From Vulcanimicrobiota bacterium (lineage in GTDB: Bacteria; Vulcanimicrobiota; Vulcanimicrobiia; Vulcanimicrobiales; Vulcanimicrobiaceae), in assembly GCA_963733295.1 (NCBI GenBank), contig CAVTCS010000003.1:2400001-2464000 (forward strand): a DNA stretch of 64,000 bases, in the 5' to 3' direction. Positions 17,588 to 30,811 of this stretch are shown in pieces. A program made the position numbers and the translations under genes. The stretch's first letter is position 1; each line of letters opens with the position of its first letter. The notes below the pieces were generated by a model. That model worked only from the letters and a program-made list of their open reading frames with translations. It was not told the DNA's origin and did no database searches.

Positions 17588-19174
17588 ATGATGCCCGGCG
17601 CGCAAGCCGAGGTCTGGCTGCTCATCGGTTTACTCTGTGCGACGATTCCGCTCGTCGCACTCGCGCGCCGCTTGGGTATCTCCTATCCGATCGTGCTGGT
17701 GCTTGGGGGCCTCGTTCTCGGCTTCATCCCCGGTCTGCCGCCGATCACATTGGATCCCGATCTCGTGCTCGTGATCTTCTTGCCACCGCTACTCTATTGG
17801 GAATCGATCACGGCTCCGACCGACGTGATGCGCGCGAATCGGCGAGCGATTTGGTTCCTCGCGATCGGACTTGTCATCGCGACGACGGGAATCGTGGCAC
17901 TCGTTGCGCACGCGTTGGTCCCGAGAATGAGTTGGCCCATGGCGTTCGTTCTTGGCGCGATCGTCGCGCCTACCGACGAACTCGCTTCTGCGCCGGTGCT
18001 CGAACGACTTCACATGCCGCGCCGCTTGACCGCGATCATCGAAGGCGAAAGCCTCTTGAACGACGCCTCGTCGCTGATCATTTACGCAGCCGCCGTCACG
18101 GCGACGGTGACGGGCGTCTTTGAGTTCTGGCGGACGCTCGGCCAGTTCTTGCTCTCGGGATTCGCGGGCGTCGCAGTCGGCCTCGCTGCAGGTTGGCTCG
18201 CCGTCCAGGGTTGGCGACGAGTCAAAGCCACCGAACTTCAAACCGTCATCTCCTTCACGCTTCCGTTTCTGTCGTATGTTACGGCTCAACGGTTCGGACT
18301 TTCGGGTGTGCTAGCCGTCGTCTACACCGGAATCTACGCGAACCGCCTGACACCCGCGGTGCTGACTCCCGCGGCTCGCCTTCAGTTGACCGGCTTCTGG
18401 AATACGCTCGTCTTTTTGGCCAACGCGATTCTCTTCTTGCTCGTCGGACTTCAACTGCGCACAGTTACCAGCCGAGTCCTCACCGAATATTCGTGGACGA
18501 CAGTCCTCTGGTACGCGTTCGTCGTCAATGCCGCGATCGTCGTCACGCGCTTCGCATGGTGTCTCGCGCAAGAATACGCGCCCGTGGTGGGCCGAGCGTC
18601 GGGAGGCCACGCGCCGAGTTGGCGGCAGGCCGTCGTCACAGCGTGGTCCGGACTTCGCGGTGCTGTTTCTCTCGCGGCCGCGCTCGCGATACCGGCAGCC
18701 CTTGCGAGCGGCGCACACACCCCGCATCGGAACCTGGTCGTGTTCCTGACGTTCAGCGTGATATTGGTGACGCTCGTCTTCGGTGGCTTGACCCTGCCGC
18801 TCGTCATTCGCATGCTCGGGCTCGGCAGGGCACCCGAAGGCGACGACGACGACGACCTGTCACGCGCACGAATCGAGATGAACCGGGCAGCTCTCAAAAC
18901 GCTCGAGCAACTCGAGCAGTCCGGAGCGATCGACGGGGTCGACGCCCAGTTGCTCCGGACGCGTTACGAGCGACGTCTCGCTCCGCCCTCCGAGAACGCG
19001 CGACGGGAGCGGCGCCTCGCGGCCGAGCGCGCGCTCCTGGACTCGGAGCGCACCGCCCTGATCGAGCTGCGCGCCCGAGGTGCGATCGACAACACGACGC
19101 AGCGCCGGCTGCAGCATTGGCTCGACGTCAGCGGCGAGACGATCCCATCGGAGCCGTCCGAGGACGACGAGTGA
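17588..19174 (+). CDS. Na+/H+ antiporter (CPA1 family)
   Basis: FLPPLLY, GAIVAPTD, EGESLLND, SGLRGAVSLAAAL. Confidence 0.9.
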   Translation: MMPGAQAEVWLLIGLLCATIPLVALARRLGISYPIVLVLGGLVLGFIPGLPPITLDPDLVLVIFLPPLLYWESITAPTDVMRANRRAIWFLAIGLVIATTGIVALVAHALVPRMSWPMAFVLGAIVAPTDELASAPVLERLHMPRRLTAIIEGESLLNDASSLIIYAAAVTATVTGVFEFWRTLGQFLLSGFAGVAVGLAAGWLAVQGWRRVKATELQTVISFTLPFLSYVTAQRFGLSGVLAVVYTGIYANRLTPAVLTPAARLQLTGFWNTLVFLANAILFLLVGLQLRTVTSRVLTEYSWTTVLWYAFVVNAAIVVTRFAWCLAQEYAPVVGRASGGHAPSWRQAVVTAWSGLRGAVSLAAALAIPAALASGAHTPHRNLVVFLTFSVILVTLVFGGLTLPLVIRMLGLGRAPEGDDDDDLSRARIEMNRAALKTLEQLEQSGAIDGVDAQLLRTRYERRLAPPSENARRERRLAAERALLDSERTALIELRARGAIDNTTQRRLQHWLDVSGETIPSEPSEDDE

Positions 19175-19217
19175 GCCGGCATGGGCGAGGACCGCGGAAC
19201 GAGAAGCGGGTGGTCAG

Positions 19218-19931
19218 ATGAACGCTCTGAGCCACATTTTTCTCCACGTCGCTTTCTGCGCGGCAATGCTACGCGCCCCGAGCGGAGCGCAAGTCCCGCT
19301 CCACGTGACGATGACGCACCACAATGGCGTCACCGCCTTCGATCAGGAATTCAAGGCAGTACGCGAGGGCAAAGACACGGTCCTCGAGTTCGACGTGTCG
19401 CCGGGCATCTATCGGCTCATCATCGATTCGCCGAAGTACGGCTGCTCGCGGGTCGATTTCCTCAACGTCCTCGACGGGCTGAATCGAAACGTGAGCGAGA
19501 CGATGGCGGACACGCCGCCGGAGCCGCCGCGAGACGGAGTGGCGCTCGTCGATGGAACCGCACCGCAGTCGTTCGTCTACCTGAAGCCGACCTTCGTGAT
19601 GTTCGATAAGAGCTTGGCGTGCAACCAGCCCGTCACAACGCCGCTCCCGGTCCGCACCGACGTCGAATACGATACGGGTTCCTACCACTTGTGGCTGCAT
19701 TCCGACGCCGCTCTGTTGGCGCAGGCGCCGCTGGTCGCCGCTCTACGGTTGCAAACGCCGACGAGCACAGCGCACTACGTGCGGGTCAGAATACCGTTCC
19801 CGATACCTTGGACGGGCTGGCCGGGCGTTTTCGAAATGAACATTACCGAAGACATGGTCGACGGGCTCTCGACAGAGAAAGTCGATACGCTGCTCTGTCC
19901 CAAGATCTGGCAAACGAGCGTTCCGGGCTAG
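19218..19931 (+). CDS. Hypothetical exported protein
   Basis: Coding-like ORF with hydrophobic N-terminus. Confidence 0.55.
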   Translation: MNALSHIFLHVAFCAAMLRAPSGAQVPLHVTMTHHNGVTAFDQEFKAVREGKDTVLEFDVSPGIYRLIIDSPKYGCSRVDFLNVLDGLNRNVSETMADTPPEPPRDGVALVDGTAPQSFVYLKPTFVMFDKSLACNQPVTTPLPVRTDVEYDTGSYHLWLHSDAALLAQAPLVAALRLQTPTSTAHYVRVRIPFPIPWTGWPGVFEMNITEDMVDGLSTEKVDTLLCPKIWQTSVPG

Positions 19932-19943
19932 TGACACTTAGGA

Positions 19944-21020
19944 CTAAACCGCTTTGTTTGCGCTCCGGATCGCGGGCGCGACGATGCGGACGATGATAAC
20001 CTGCAATGCGGCCGCGGCTGGAACCGCCAAGAACGCTCCGGCAATGCCCAGCAGCGTGCCGCCCAGAACCGTCGAAAACACGATCAGTAAGAAACTGAGT
20101 TGCACTCGCTGCCCGAATATGATCGGCGAGAGCGCGTTCTGATCGATGAGTTGAACGATGATGAAGGCGCCGGTCGCAAAGAGCGCCTTCGTCCAACCCG
20201 CCGTGGCCAAAGCGGCGAGGATGATGATCGGTCCGGAAATGATCGCGCCGACGAGCGGGATCGCCTGAAAGATGGCCGCCACGAAACCGAGGAGCAACGC
20301 GTACGGAATCCCGAGTAGCGCCAACGCGATGCCGGTCGCAACGCCCACCACGATTCCGTTGATCACGACACCTTGAACGTAGGCTCCCAGCTTCACGCCG
20401 ATCTCGTCAAACGCCGCGCCCCAACGTTCGCGCAGGATGGGCGGCAGCAAGCTCAGCACGAAGGCCGCGAGCTCCCCGGCGGACATCAGCCAAGCGACCG
20501 TGAGCAAGATGATCAGGACGCCGTCTCCGACCATTTGGGCCAAGAGTGCCGGACCGCCGAGCAGTTTCTGTCCGAACGAACCGAGCAAAGCGCTAGCGGT
20601 GCCCGAGAGACTCGCCGCGAGCGCCTGGACGCCTTCGCTTTGATGCAAGAACTTTTGCGTTTCCAGAAACTGGCTCTGCAGCGACTGCGCGATGTCGGGC
20701 ATAGCCGTCAGCAGGCGCGACGACTCGCTTCCCAGCGGTTGCAGCAGCGCGATCGTCGCCGTGACGAACGCGAGCAGCACCGAACCGAGCACGGCCAAGA
20801 TGGCGACGCCCCCCGGCACTCTTTTCGCGAGCCGATTGACCGACGGGCGCAGACCTTCGGCCAAGAGTATCGCGGTAAAAAGCAATAAGAACGCCGACAG
20901 TGCGTTCGCAACGACGAGCCAGAGCAGAACCGCGAAGCTGATCGTGGCTGCGCCTAAGAGCCAGCCGCGCAACGTGAGCGCGACGGTGCGACGTCCGATC
21001 TGCGCGTCCTTGGGCTCCAT
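19944..21020 (-). CDS. AI-2E family transporter
   Basis: YVQG, IPLVG, SPIIFGQRVQL, GAFLAVPAAA. Confidence 0.85.
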   Translation of the reverse strand: MEPKDAQIGRRTVALTLRGWLLGAATISFAVLLWLVVANALSAFLLLFTAILLAEGLRPSVNRLAKRVPGGVAILAVLGSVLLAFVTATIALLQPLGSESSRLLTAMPDIAQSLQSQFLETQKFLHQSEGVQALAASLSGTASALLGSFGQKLLGGPALLAQMVGDGVLIILLTVAWLMSAGELAAFVLSLLPPILRERWGAAFDEIGVKLGAYVQGVVINGIVVGVATGIALALLGIPYALLLGFVAAIFQAIPLVGAIISGPIIILAALATAGWTKALFATGAFIIVQLIDQNALSPIIFGQRVQLSFLLIVFSTVLGGTLLGIAGAFLAVPAAAALQVIIVRIVAPAIRSANKAV

Positions 21021-21169
21021 CTGCCGCGACGGGTTCCGTCCCGGAAAGCTCATCCCTTCGCGGCGCTTGACCTTGTGTAGCCGCCACACTCTCGTTCACG
21101 CACCGCGACATCCGGCCCGGCGAACAGATGACAGGGTTCGGAGCGGGGCGGCACGCACTCTTGGACGAC

Positions 21170-21964
21170 ATGGCGAACGAAAGCTACGCGCTGATCACCG
21201 GCGCATCAAGCGGCTTAGGAATGGACTTCGCGCGCCAGCTGGCCGGCCGCGGTTACGATCTCGTGCTCGTCGCGCGGCGTGAGGACAGGTTGCGTGCGCT
21301 GGCGACCGAGATCGAGCGGGATTCGGGCAGGCACGTCGAGGTCGTCGTCGCCGACCTCGCGCTGGACGCCGAACGGGAGCGCGTCGCACAAACCGCGCTC
21401 GCGCTCGCGAAACCGGTCGAGGTGCTCGTGAACAACGCCGGCCTCGGATTGTACGGCCGCTTCCACGCGATCCCGTGGACGAAGGAACGGCAAATGCTCG
21501 ACGTCGACATCGAGGCGGTCGTCCACCTCACGAAGCTGCTGACGCCGGCCATGATCGCACGCGGGAACGGTTACGTCCTCAACGTCGCCTCAAATGGGGC
21601 CTATCAGCCGACGCCGCTCTACGCGAGCTATGCCGCGGCCAAAGCCTTCGTCCTCTCTTTTTCGCAAGCGATCAACTTCGAGTTTCGCGGAACCGGCGTC
21701 AGCGTTACCGTCGTTTCACCCGGCGTCACCGCGACGGAATTCTTAGCCGTCTCCAAGCAACGGCCGACGCTGTACCAAAGGCTACTGATGGGGCGCAGCA
21801 AGACCGTCGTCAACAAAGCCCTGAAAGCGATGTTCGCGCGACGTCCGGAGATCATTCCCGGTGCTGTGAACTACGCGCTGGCTACGTCCGGGGCGGTCTT
21901 ACCCGGCTCGCTCAAAGCCCGCCTCGCGTATCATCTGATGCGTTCCAACGAAGCCGTGCACTAG
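21170..21964 (+). CDS. Short-chain dehydrogenase/reductase
   Basis: TGASSGLG, NNAG, YxxxK (YAAAK). Confidence 0.9.
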   Translation: MANESYALITGASSGLGMDFARQLAGRGYDLVLVARREDRLRALATEIERDSGRHVEVVVADLALDAERERVAQTALALAKPVEVLVNNAGLGLYGRFHAIPWTKERQMLDVDIEAVVHLTKLLTPAMIARGNGYVLNVASNGAYQPTPLYASYAAAKAFVLSFSQAINFEFRGTGVSVTVVSPGVTATEFLAVSKQRPTLYQRLLMGRSKTVVNKALKAMFARRPEIIPGAVNYALATSGAVLPGSLKARLAYHLMRSNEAVH

Positions 21965-22932
21965 GCGCGTTCGAGAAAGCGCTCGAGCTTGGAGCGCTTG
22001 GTTTTGTGCAACAGCGGCGCCCAAAGGTCTCCGGTGCGTGCGAGACGTTCGCGCACGTTGTCCACGCGGAACTCGCCGATGTCGACACCGCGCTTCACCT
22101 CGTCCCACGTTACGGGTGTCGAGACGGTGGCGTGGGGCGTCGGCCGTACGGAGTAGACGGAAGCGAGTGTGCGGCCCCATGCGTTCTGGTTGTAATCGAC
22201 GAGAACGCGTCCCTGAGGCCGCTTTGCGATCTTGTACTCGGCAGTCATGATGTCGGGCCGCCGAGCCGCGACGGCGAAGGCCAAAGCCTTCGCGAAACGC
22301 CAGACCTCCTTCTGAACCGGGCCTCGCACGATCGGAACGTAGACGTGCATGCCGCTCGACCCGGAAGTTTTCGCATATGCCGGAAGCCCCAAGTCGTCGA
22401 GCGCCGTCTTCAATTCGAGCGCCGCCTCGCGCACGACCTCGAAGCTCGTCGCGCCCTTCTGCGCGTCTTTGACCGGATCGAGATCGAAGTGCAAATAGTC
22501 GGGTCTGTCGACGTCATCGCAGGTCGCATACCACTGATTGAGATCGATGCAGCCGAGGTTGACGATCCAGAGCAGCGTTGCCAAGTCGTCGACCATCGGG
22601 AAATCGATGACGTTGCCGGAACCGTGTTCGATGCGGCATACGTCGAGCCAAGGCGGTGCGCCGCTCGGCGTTCGCTTCATGAAAAAGAAGGCGCCGGGTG
22701 CTCCGTTCGGATAACGCTTCATCACCATGGCGCGCCGCGCGACGTGCGGCAGTAAGAGCGGCGCGACGTCGGCATAATACTGAAGCAGCCCACCCTTCGT
22801 CAGGCCCGTCTCGGGAAAGAAGACCTTTTGCAGATTGGTGAGATGAACGTCGCGCGTTCCGGCGCGCACGGTTGCCGAGCTTGCGTTTTTGGGAATCTCG
22901 ACCGGCTGGGCGCGGCGCGCAGGCGAAGCCAT
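21961..22932 (-). CDS. ligD: LigD polymerase (PolDom/primase) domain, stand-alone
   Basis: KRYPNG, FDLDP, KTSGSSGMHVYVP, VDYNQN, YSVRP. Confidence 0.85.
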   Translation of the reverse strand: MASPARRAQPVEIPKNASSATVRAGTRDVHLTNLQKVFFPETGLTKGGLLQYYADVAPLLLPHVARRAMVMKRYPNGAPGAFFFMKRTPSGAPPWLDVCRIEHGSGNVIDFPMVDDLATLLWIVNLGCIDLNQWYATCDDVDRPDYLHFDLDPVKDAQKGATSFEVVREAALELKTALDDLGLPAYAKTSGSSGMHVYVPIVRGPVQKEVWRFAKALAFAVAARRPDIMTAEYKIAKRPQGRVLVDYNQNAWGRTLASVYSVRPTPHATVSTPVTWDEVKRGVDIGEFRVDNVRERLARTGDLWAPLLHKTKRSKLERFLERA

Positions 22933-23016
22933 GAGGAGTGCCTTCTACGCGTGCGCCCGAGCACACCCCGGCGTCACTCGCCAGGCTCCGGAGCCGTTCC
23001 GTCCGATAGTCGGGAC

Positions 23017-24105
23017 ATGCGAGCACCATGCTTACGACTGGGCGTGACTCTTCTCGCGTTCGCTCTGGCGGCATGCAGCGGCGGTGGCAGCGTCGTCGGC
23101 AACCCCGGACCGACGCCGACGCCGGGCCCGGCCTCCAGCCCGACGCCTGCCGGCAGCGCAACGCCTTCCACGAGCGGGAACGTCACGGGCGCGGTCTACG
23201 ACCTCTCTTCGTATAACCCGAGCCTGACGGGCGGGGGCGGCGTGGGTTGGTCGGTGCTGCCGAACGGATCACCCGCGCCCGGCGTCAACCCCGTCCCGGG
23301 CGCGATCGTCGTGATTGGCGGGACGCTCATTACCGGCGCGACCGCGCCGCCTTCCATGCCGGGCGACGATGCAATGGCCGTCACCAACTCCGGCGGAGCG
23401 TTCGCGTTGAACACGTCGGCGACCGGCGCACAATTCATCATGGTTTTCCCGGGCGCGGGCGACAAAGTGCACGCGGCCGCGATTCATCGCACGACATCGC
23501 TCGTTGCGGGAAAGAACGCTCTTCCAACGCAGTTGATGGCGGCGGTGACGAGCGATGAAGCCGCGTGGCTGACTCAAGTCAACGCCGACCGCGCGGCAAA
23601 CGGCTCCGCGCCGCTCGTCTTCGACGAAGCGCTTCTCGAGTCGGGCCGGTATTGGGCGAACTTCATGGCGACGACGGGGTATTTCAATCATTGCATACCG
23701 GCCTCGTCGTGTGGCGGACCCTCTGCAACGCCGCCGCCCGGCGCAGCGCCGCAAGATGCCACGCCGGCGACGCGAGATGCGTATTTCAATGCGTACTTCG
23801 GAGGATGGGGCGAGAATATCGCGGCCGGTTTTCCGACTTGGGCGGCAGCCGAGTCGGCTTTCATGGCCGAGAAGGCGAACTGCCCTGGCGATACTGCGAC
23901 GGGCTGTCCGTTTACCGAATCGACGGGTCACTTCTTGAACATCGTCGACCCGAGTTACCTTTGGGCCGGACTCGGTGAAGGCCTGAACGGCGCGGGCTAC
24001 GGTGACTACTACGATCAGGAGTTCGCGACGCCCGGTTCGAGTATGGCGTCGTCGAGCTCGCTGCCGAACGAACGGATGGCGCGCCCGCTGACGCCCTCTC
24101 GCTAG
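23017..24105 (+). CDS. CAP (SCP) domain lipoprotein
   Basis: Lipobox LAAC; VNADR, GENIA, GHFLNI. Confidence 0.8.
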   Translation: MRAPCLRLGVTLLAFALAACSGGGSVVGNPGPTPTPGPASSPTPAGSATPSTSGNVTGAVYDLSSYNPSLTGGGGVGWSVLPNGSPAPGVNPVPGAIVVIGGTLITGATAPPSMPGDDAMAVTNSGGAFALNTSATGAQFIMVFPGAGDKVHAAAIHRTTSLVAGKNALPTQLMAAVTSDEAAWLTQVNADRAANGSAPLVFDEALLESGRYWANFMATTGYFNHCIPASSCGGPSATPPPGAAPQDATPATRDAYFNAYFGGWGENIAAGFPTWAAAESAFMAEKANCPGDTATGCPFTESTGHFLNIVDPSYLWAGLGEGLNGAGYGDYYDQEFATPGSSMASSSSLPNERMARPLTPSR

Positions 24106-24107
24106 CG

Positions 24108-24329
24108 CTACGTGTTGTTTCTGATCTCCCGCTTTGCGTGGTCGATGCCCGCGAGCGTTTCTTCCTTGGCTTGATTCGCGACAGAGCGAACCTTCTCTCC
24201 GGGAGTGAGCGCGTCACCGCTCAGGTCGCGCTCCGTTTGTTCCGTGTCGGCGTTCGCTTTGTGAGCCGCCTCGCCGAAGGCGTCTTTCACGTTGTCGATC
24301 GTTTTCCGGAGATCTTCTTTGATACCCAT
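24108..24329 (-). CDS. Small hypothetical protein (CsbD-like composition)
   Basis: 73-aa charged helical ORF. Confidence 0.6.
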   Translation of the reverse strand: MGIKEDLRKTIDNVKDAFGEAAHKANADTEQTERDLSGDALTPGEKVRSVANQAKEETLAGIDHAKREIRNNT

Positions 24330-24333
24330 AACG

Positions 24334-24492
24334 TTATACCCTGACCCCTCTGCCGGTCACGACGTTGACGATCACCATGATGACCGCGAGGACCAATAAG
24401 AGGTGAATCAAGCCGCCTCCGACGTGCAACAGAAAACCGAGGAGCCAAAGAGCGAAGAGTACGACGATGACGGCCCACAAAATTCCGGCCAC
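24334..24492 (-). CDS. lmo0937/DUF5670-family small membrane protein
   Basis: LWLLGF..GGLIHLLLVLA..GR; AAGGA RBS before GTG. Confidence 0.75.
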   Translation of the reverse strand: MAGILWAVIVVLFALWLLGFLLHVGGGLIHLLLVLAVIMVIVNVVTGRGVRV

Positions 24493-24592
24493 TATGAGTT
24501 TCCTTCCGCGCGATTTGAGTGTTGATTGTTCATGTGTCCGCAGCATTACCCAAACCCGGACTGACTCAACCCGACGCGCGCAAAAAATCTCG

Positions 24593-25051
24593 CTAGGGGT
24601 GAATCTGATCGGTCCAGCGCACCGTCTCCGGCGCTTCAACCATTGGTATATCCAAGTTCACGACGATTGGTTCTTGGCCGCTTCGAACGAGAACGCACTC
24701 GAGCGGCTCGTCCGCAATCGCGTTGATCTCTTGGTGCGGCACGAACGGCGGGACGTAGATGAAGTCGCCGGGTCCGGCCTCGGCAACGTATTCGAGCGCA
24801 TCGCCCCAGCGCATCCGCGCTCGGCCGCGTACGACGTAGATGATGCTCTCGAGGTCGCCGTGATGATGCGCGCCGGTCTTTGCGTTGGGCTCGATCGTAA
24901 CGGTACCGGCCCACAGCTTCTCGGCGCCGGTGCGGGCTCGCGTTATCGCCGCGGCTCGACTCATGCCCTGAGTTTGCGGCGTGTTGCAGTCGAGCTGATC
25001 CGCAGAAATGACGCGCACGCCCGCGTGCTTCCAATCGGTCGGTGACTTCAT
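24593..25051 (-). CDS. Cupin domain protein
   Basis: GAHHHGDLES, GPGDFIYVPPFVPHQE. Confidence 0.85.
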   Translation of the reverse strand: MKSPTDWKHAGVRVISADQLDCNTPQTQGMSRAAAITRARTGAEKLWAGTVTIEPNAKTGAHHHGDLESIIYVVRGRARMRWGDALEYVAEAGPGDFIYVPPFVPHQEINAIADEPLECVLVRSGQEPIVVNLDIPMVEAPETVRWTDQIHP

Positions 25052-25136
25052 GCCCACTCCAACAGTGCGTCTTGGGCGAACGTGGCAATTCTCAGGTCGA
25101 AAATGGCAGCTGCGCACGTGCGGCGAAAGGCGGCCG

Positions 25137-27849
<2,713 letters not shown>

Positions 27850-27888
27850 TCACGATACGCGCCCGGGCACCCGGCTGTCAACAATCGC

Positions 27889-29787
27889 TTACTTGGGGGG
27901 CGTGAACGTCTTCGGCGCATAGATCGCTTGGAGCACGTCCGGCTTCGACGGGTCGCGCTTAAGATGCGGATAGCGCTCGCCACCGTTCCACTTGATCTCG
28001 ACGACTTTGAAGAAATCGCCATTCGCGACGATCATCTCGACGGGTCCTTTGCTTCCGGCCGATTCCTTCACGGTCCGATGCAAGAGGTCGAGCGAGTACG
28101 CTCGGCCGTTGACTGCGATGATTTTCATATCCGGGGCGATTCCCGCGACGTCCGCCGGCGAACCCGGAACTACGTCTTTCACCATTCCCGCGCTGCCGGG
28201 GTCGTCAGGGTCGTTGGAAATCGCCAACCCGAGCGAATACAGGAAATTTGCCGTCTTGAAATCTTCTTCTTGTTGCTTGGCGACTTCGCTCTGGTTTCCA
28301 TCGAACACGAGCGTGTAGCCCCCGCCGGTGATCCCGCCGAGCGGAGCGTGAGGACGAATTTGCCCGACCCGCTGCTCGAAGAAAGCTGCCCAGTCGTACG
28401 GCGCGACCTGGTTCAAAAGCGCGTACACGTCCGTCGCGGTGTAGGTTTTGACGCTTGGCGTGGTGCTGCCGCCGGCGGCCCAGAGCTTGCAGAAGTCGTC
28501 GATCGAGCGGGCACCGTTTGTGAGCTTGCGGATCGTGACGTCGACTTCGAGCCAGAGTAGATGCCCCTCGGTGTAGAAATCGTTCGCCTTGCGCCGCAAC
28601 TCGTACCACTGGTCGGGAGACAGGTAAGCCAAAGGCGCTTCGTCCGCGGTGTCCTGGAGGGGCCGCCAATCGCGACCTCGTTCGTAGTCCATCATGGCCG
28701 CTGAATCGGCCAAAGCCTCGAGCTCGTCGTCGAACGAATTGAGACGGGCGCGCGTGGAAAGAACCCGCCCGAGGTATTCGTTGAGGCCTTCGTACACCCA
28801 AAGCAAGTCGGTGCGTTCGGGAGCTTGATAATCCGCAACGAAGAGGTCGGCCGGCCGGCGATACTTTCCGTTCCAAGAGTGCGAATACTCGTGAGACATC
28901 AGGTCGGTTATGTCGGCGCGGAACCTGGCGGGATCGCTCAGGTATTCTTCAAAGTCGCGATTGTCGCTCGACTCGTGGTGCTCGATGCCTTGCACGCCGA
29001 TGCTGTCGCTGAGGGCGAGCAGAAAATGATAGTCGCGGTAGTGCTTGACGCCATAAAGCGCCGGGCCCTCGGCCACAAGGTGCTGCATTCCGGTCAGCAC
29101 CGAAGGCGCGATCTCAAGCGCCGAAGCGCTATCCGCCGCCACGTCGAGCTCGTGTTCGCCGCCGAGCGGAATCGCGCGAAAGAAACGCCCCGACTCGATC
29201 GGCGAATCGACGACCGTATACAAGGAGGCGCGCGCGAAGGTAACGTTCGAACCCGAGCGCGACGCCACGGGTAATGCGGTTCCGAAATTCCATCCATCGG
29301 GCAGCTTCAACGTCGCGTCGACCGGGATGTCCATCGCGACGCCCCCCTGGGGATACATCGCGAACGTGCTGTATTCGAGCACCGCGATGTTGGCGTCGCC
29401 CACCGGCGAGAACTCGCCGGTGTTCGACTTCGCGCGCACGACGTCGAAGGTGACTCGCAGCCGGTTCGCACCGGCGGGCACGTTCGTGTGAAACGCATAG
29501 AAGTCAACCAGGTCGCGTCGCCAGGGGATCTGCGTTCCGTTGGCTGACACGTAGAGGTTCACGACATCTTCCACCGGCCCCACCGGACCGTGGTACCCCG
29601 GGATCCACTTGGGATACACGAACGTGAACGGACCGGGCGCCGCCGGCATCGTGACCACGACGTGATAGATGCCCCGCGGCGCGCTGCTCGCATCGACTGC
29701 GATGGTCAGCGGAGGTCCGCTTTGTGCGCTGCCGGGTCTCCCCGCTAAGAGCAGCGCAAGGCTCAAAAAAAACAGGGCGCTCGTCAT
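27889..29787 (-). CDS. M61 glycyl aminopeptidase family with PDZ domain
   Basis: PKWIPG, GIEH, HEYSHSWN, LWVYEG, GSPADVAG. Confidence 0.9.
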   Translation of the reverse strand: MTSALFFLSLALLLAGRPGSAQSGPPLTIAVDASSAPRGIYHVVVTMPAAPGPFTFVYPKWIPGYHGPVGPVEDVVNLYVSANGTQIPWRRDLVDFYAFHTNVPAGANRLRVTFDVVRAKSNTGEFSPVGDANIAVLEYSTFAMYPQGGVAMDIPVDATLKLPDGWNFGTALPVASRSGSNVTFARASLYTVVDSPIESGRFFRAIPLGGEHELDVAADSASALEIAPSVLTGMQHLVAEGPALYGVKHYRDYHFLLALSDSIGVQGIEHHESSDNRDFEEYLSDPARFRADITDLMSHEYSHSWNGKYRRPADLFVADYQAPERTDLLWVYEGLNEYLGRVLSTRARLNSFDDELEALADSAAMMDYERGRDWRPLQDTADEAPLAYLSPDQWYELRRKANDFYTEGHLLWLEVDVTIRKLTNGARSIDDFCKLWAAGGSTTPSVKTYTATDVYALLNQVAPYDWAAFFEQRVGQIRPHAPLGGITGGGYTLVFDGNQSEVAKQQEEDFKTANFLYSLGLAISNDPDDPGSAGMVKDVVPGSPADVAGIAPDMKIIAVNGRAYSLDLLHRTVKESAGSKGPVEMIVANGDFFKVVEIKWNGGERYPHLKRDPSKPDVLQAIYAPKTFTPPK

Positions 29788-29873
29788 GCGAGCGGCAGAT
29801 CGGCAAGTCATGTCCGGGGCATTTGGTGCGAGTCTGAAAAATCCGGCAACGGGACTCGCGCCTGGTTCGCGAA

Positions 29874-30797
29874 TTGCGCCCGGTGCCCTATTTCCGCCTC
29901 CTGGGCGCGCAGCTCGCTATCGGCGCAGCGGCCATCTTCGCGCGCTATGCGCTGTCCGGGACCGGCCCAATCGCGGTTTCCGCATTGCGCCTCATCGTCG
30001 CGGCGCTGCCGCTCGTCGCGCTGGCGCTTCTCGCGCGGCCGCGCGTCCGCCTCAGTCTGCGGCGCGAGGCAGCGTTTGCTCTGGCAGGTCTGGCGCTGGC
30101 GGTTCACTTCGCCGCGTGGATCGGCTCGCTGCTGTACACCTCCGTCGCGATATCGACGCTGCTGGTTACGACGACCCCGCTCTTCACCGAGATCTACGAC
30201 GCTCTCGCGCAGCGTCGTCCGCCGGGTCGCACGTATCTCGTCGCATTGGGGTTAGCCCTTGCGGGCGTGGCTCTTATCGCTTTGCAGCGCGCGACGCCGG
30301 CGCCGGTGCCGGGCCGAGCCGCGCTCGGTAGCGCGCTAGCGCTCGGCGGCGCAATTGCGATTGCGGCTTACCTCTTGATCGTACGCAGCGCGGGCGCGCG
30401 TCCGGCTTCCGGAACGCCGCTGCCGACGCGTCAGATCGTAGCGCGAACCTACGCTTGGGCGGCAATCGCACTGACGCTGCTCGCGTGCGTCGCCCATCAA
30501 GGACCACCGCCGCCGGCAAACGTGACGAGCTGGCTTGGAATTCTAGCGATGGCGCTCGTGTCCCAATTGCTCGGACACACGGCGCTCAACGCCGCGCTGC
30601 GCACGTTCACGCCCAGCATCGTATCCCTGACGACGCTGCTCGAGCCGTTGATTGCGGCCCTACTCGCAGCCGCGTTGTTTCACGAAGGCCTTTCGCTTCA
30701 AACGATCGCCGGCGGAGCGCTCGTTCTGACGGCCGTGGCGCTCACCCTCGCCTCGGCGAAACCCATGCAACCCGGAGGAAACCTTCAGGCCCTCTGA
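29874..30797 (+). CDS. DMT/EamA family transporter
   Basis: HFAAWIGSL, SQLLGHT, LLEP; about 10 TM segments. Confidence 0.85.
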   Translation: MRPVPYFRLLGAQLAIGAAAIFARYALSGTGPIAVSALRLIVAALPLVALALLARPRVRLSLRREAAFALAGLALAVHFAAWIGSLLYTSVAISTLLVTTTPLFTEIYDALAQRRPPGRTYLVALGLALAGVALIALQRATPAPVPGRAALGSALALGGAIAIAAYLLIVRSAGARPASGTPLPTRQIVARTYAWAAIALTLLACVAHQGPPPPANVTSWLGILAMALVSQLLGHTALNAALRTFTPSIVSLTTLLEPLIAALLAAALFHEGLSLQTIAGGALVLTAVALTLASAKPMQPGGNLQAL

Positions 30798-30811
30798 GAG
30801 AACCTCTTAGC

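Noticed and set aside
29765..29772. A8 tract in the M61 signal region (and T8 at 37456..37463 in glgX) as phase-variation sites
   Set aside because: Both genes are in frame and the tracts are explained by Phe codons
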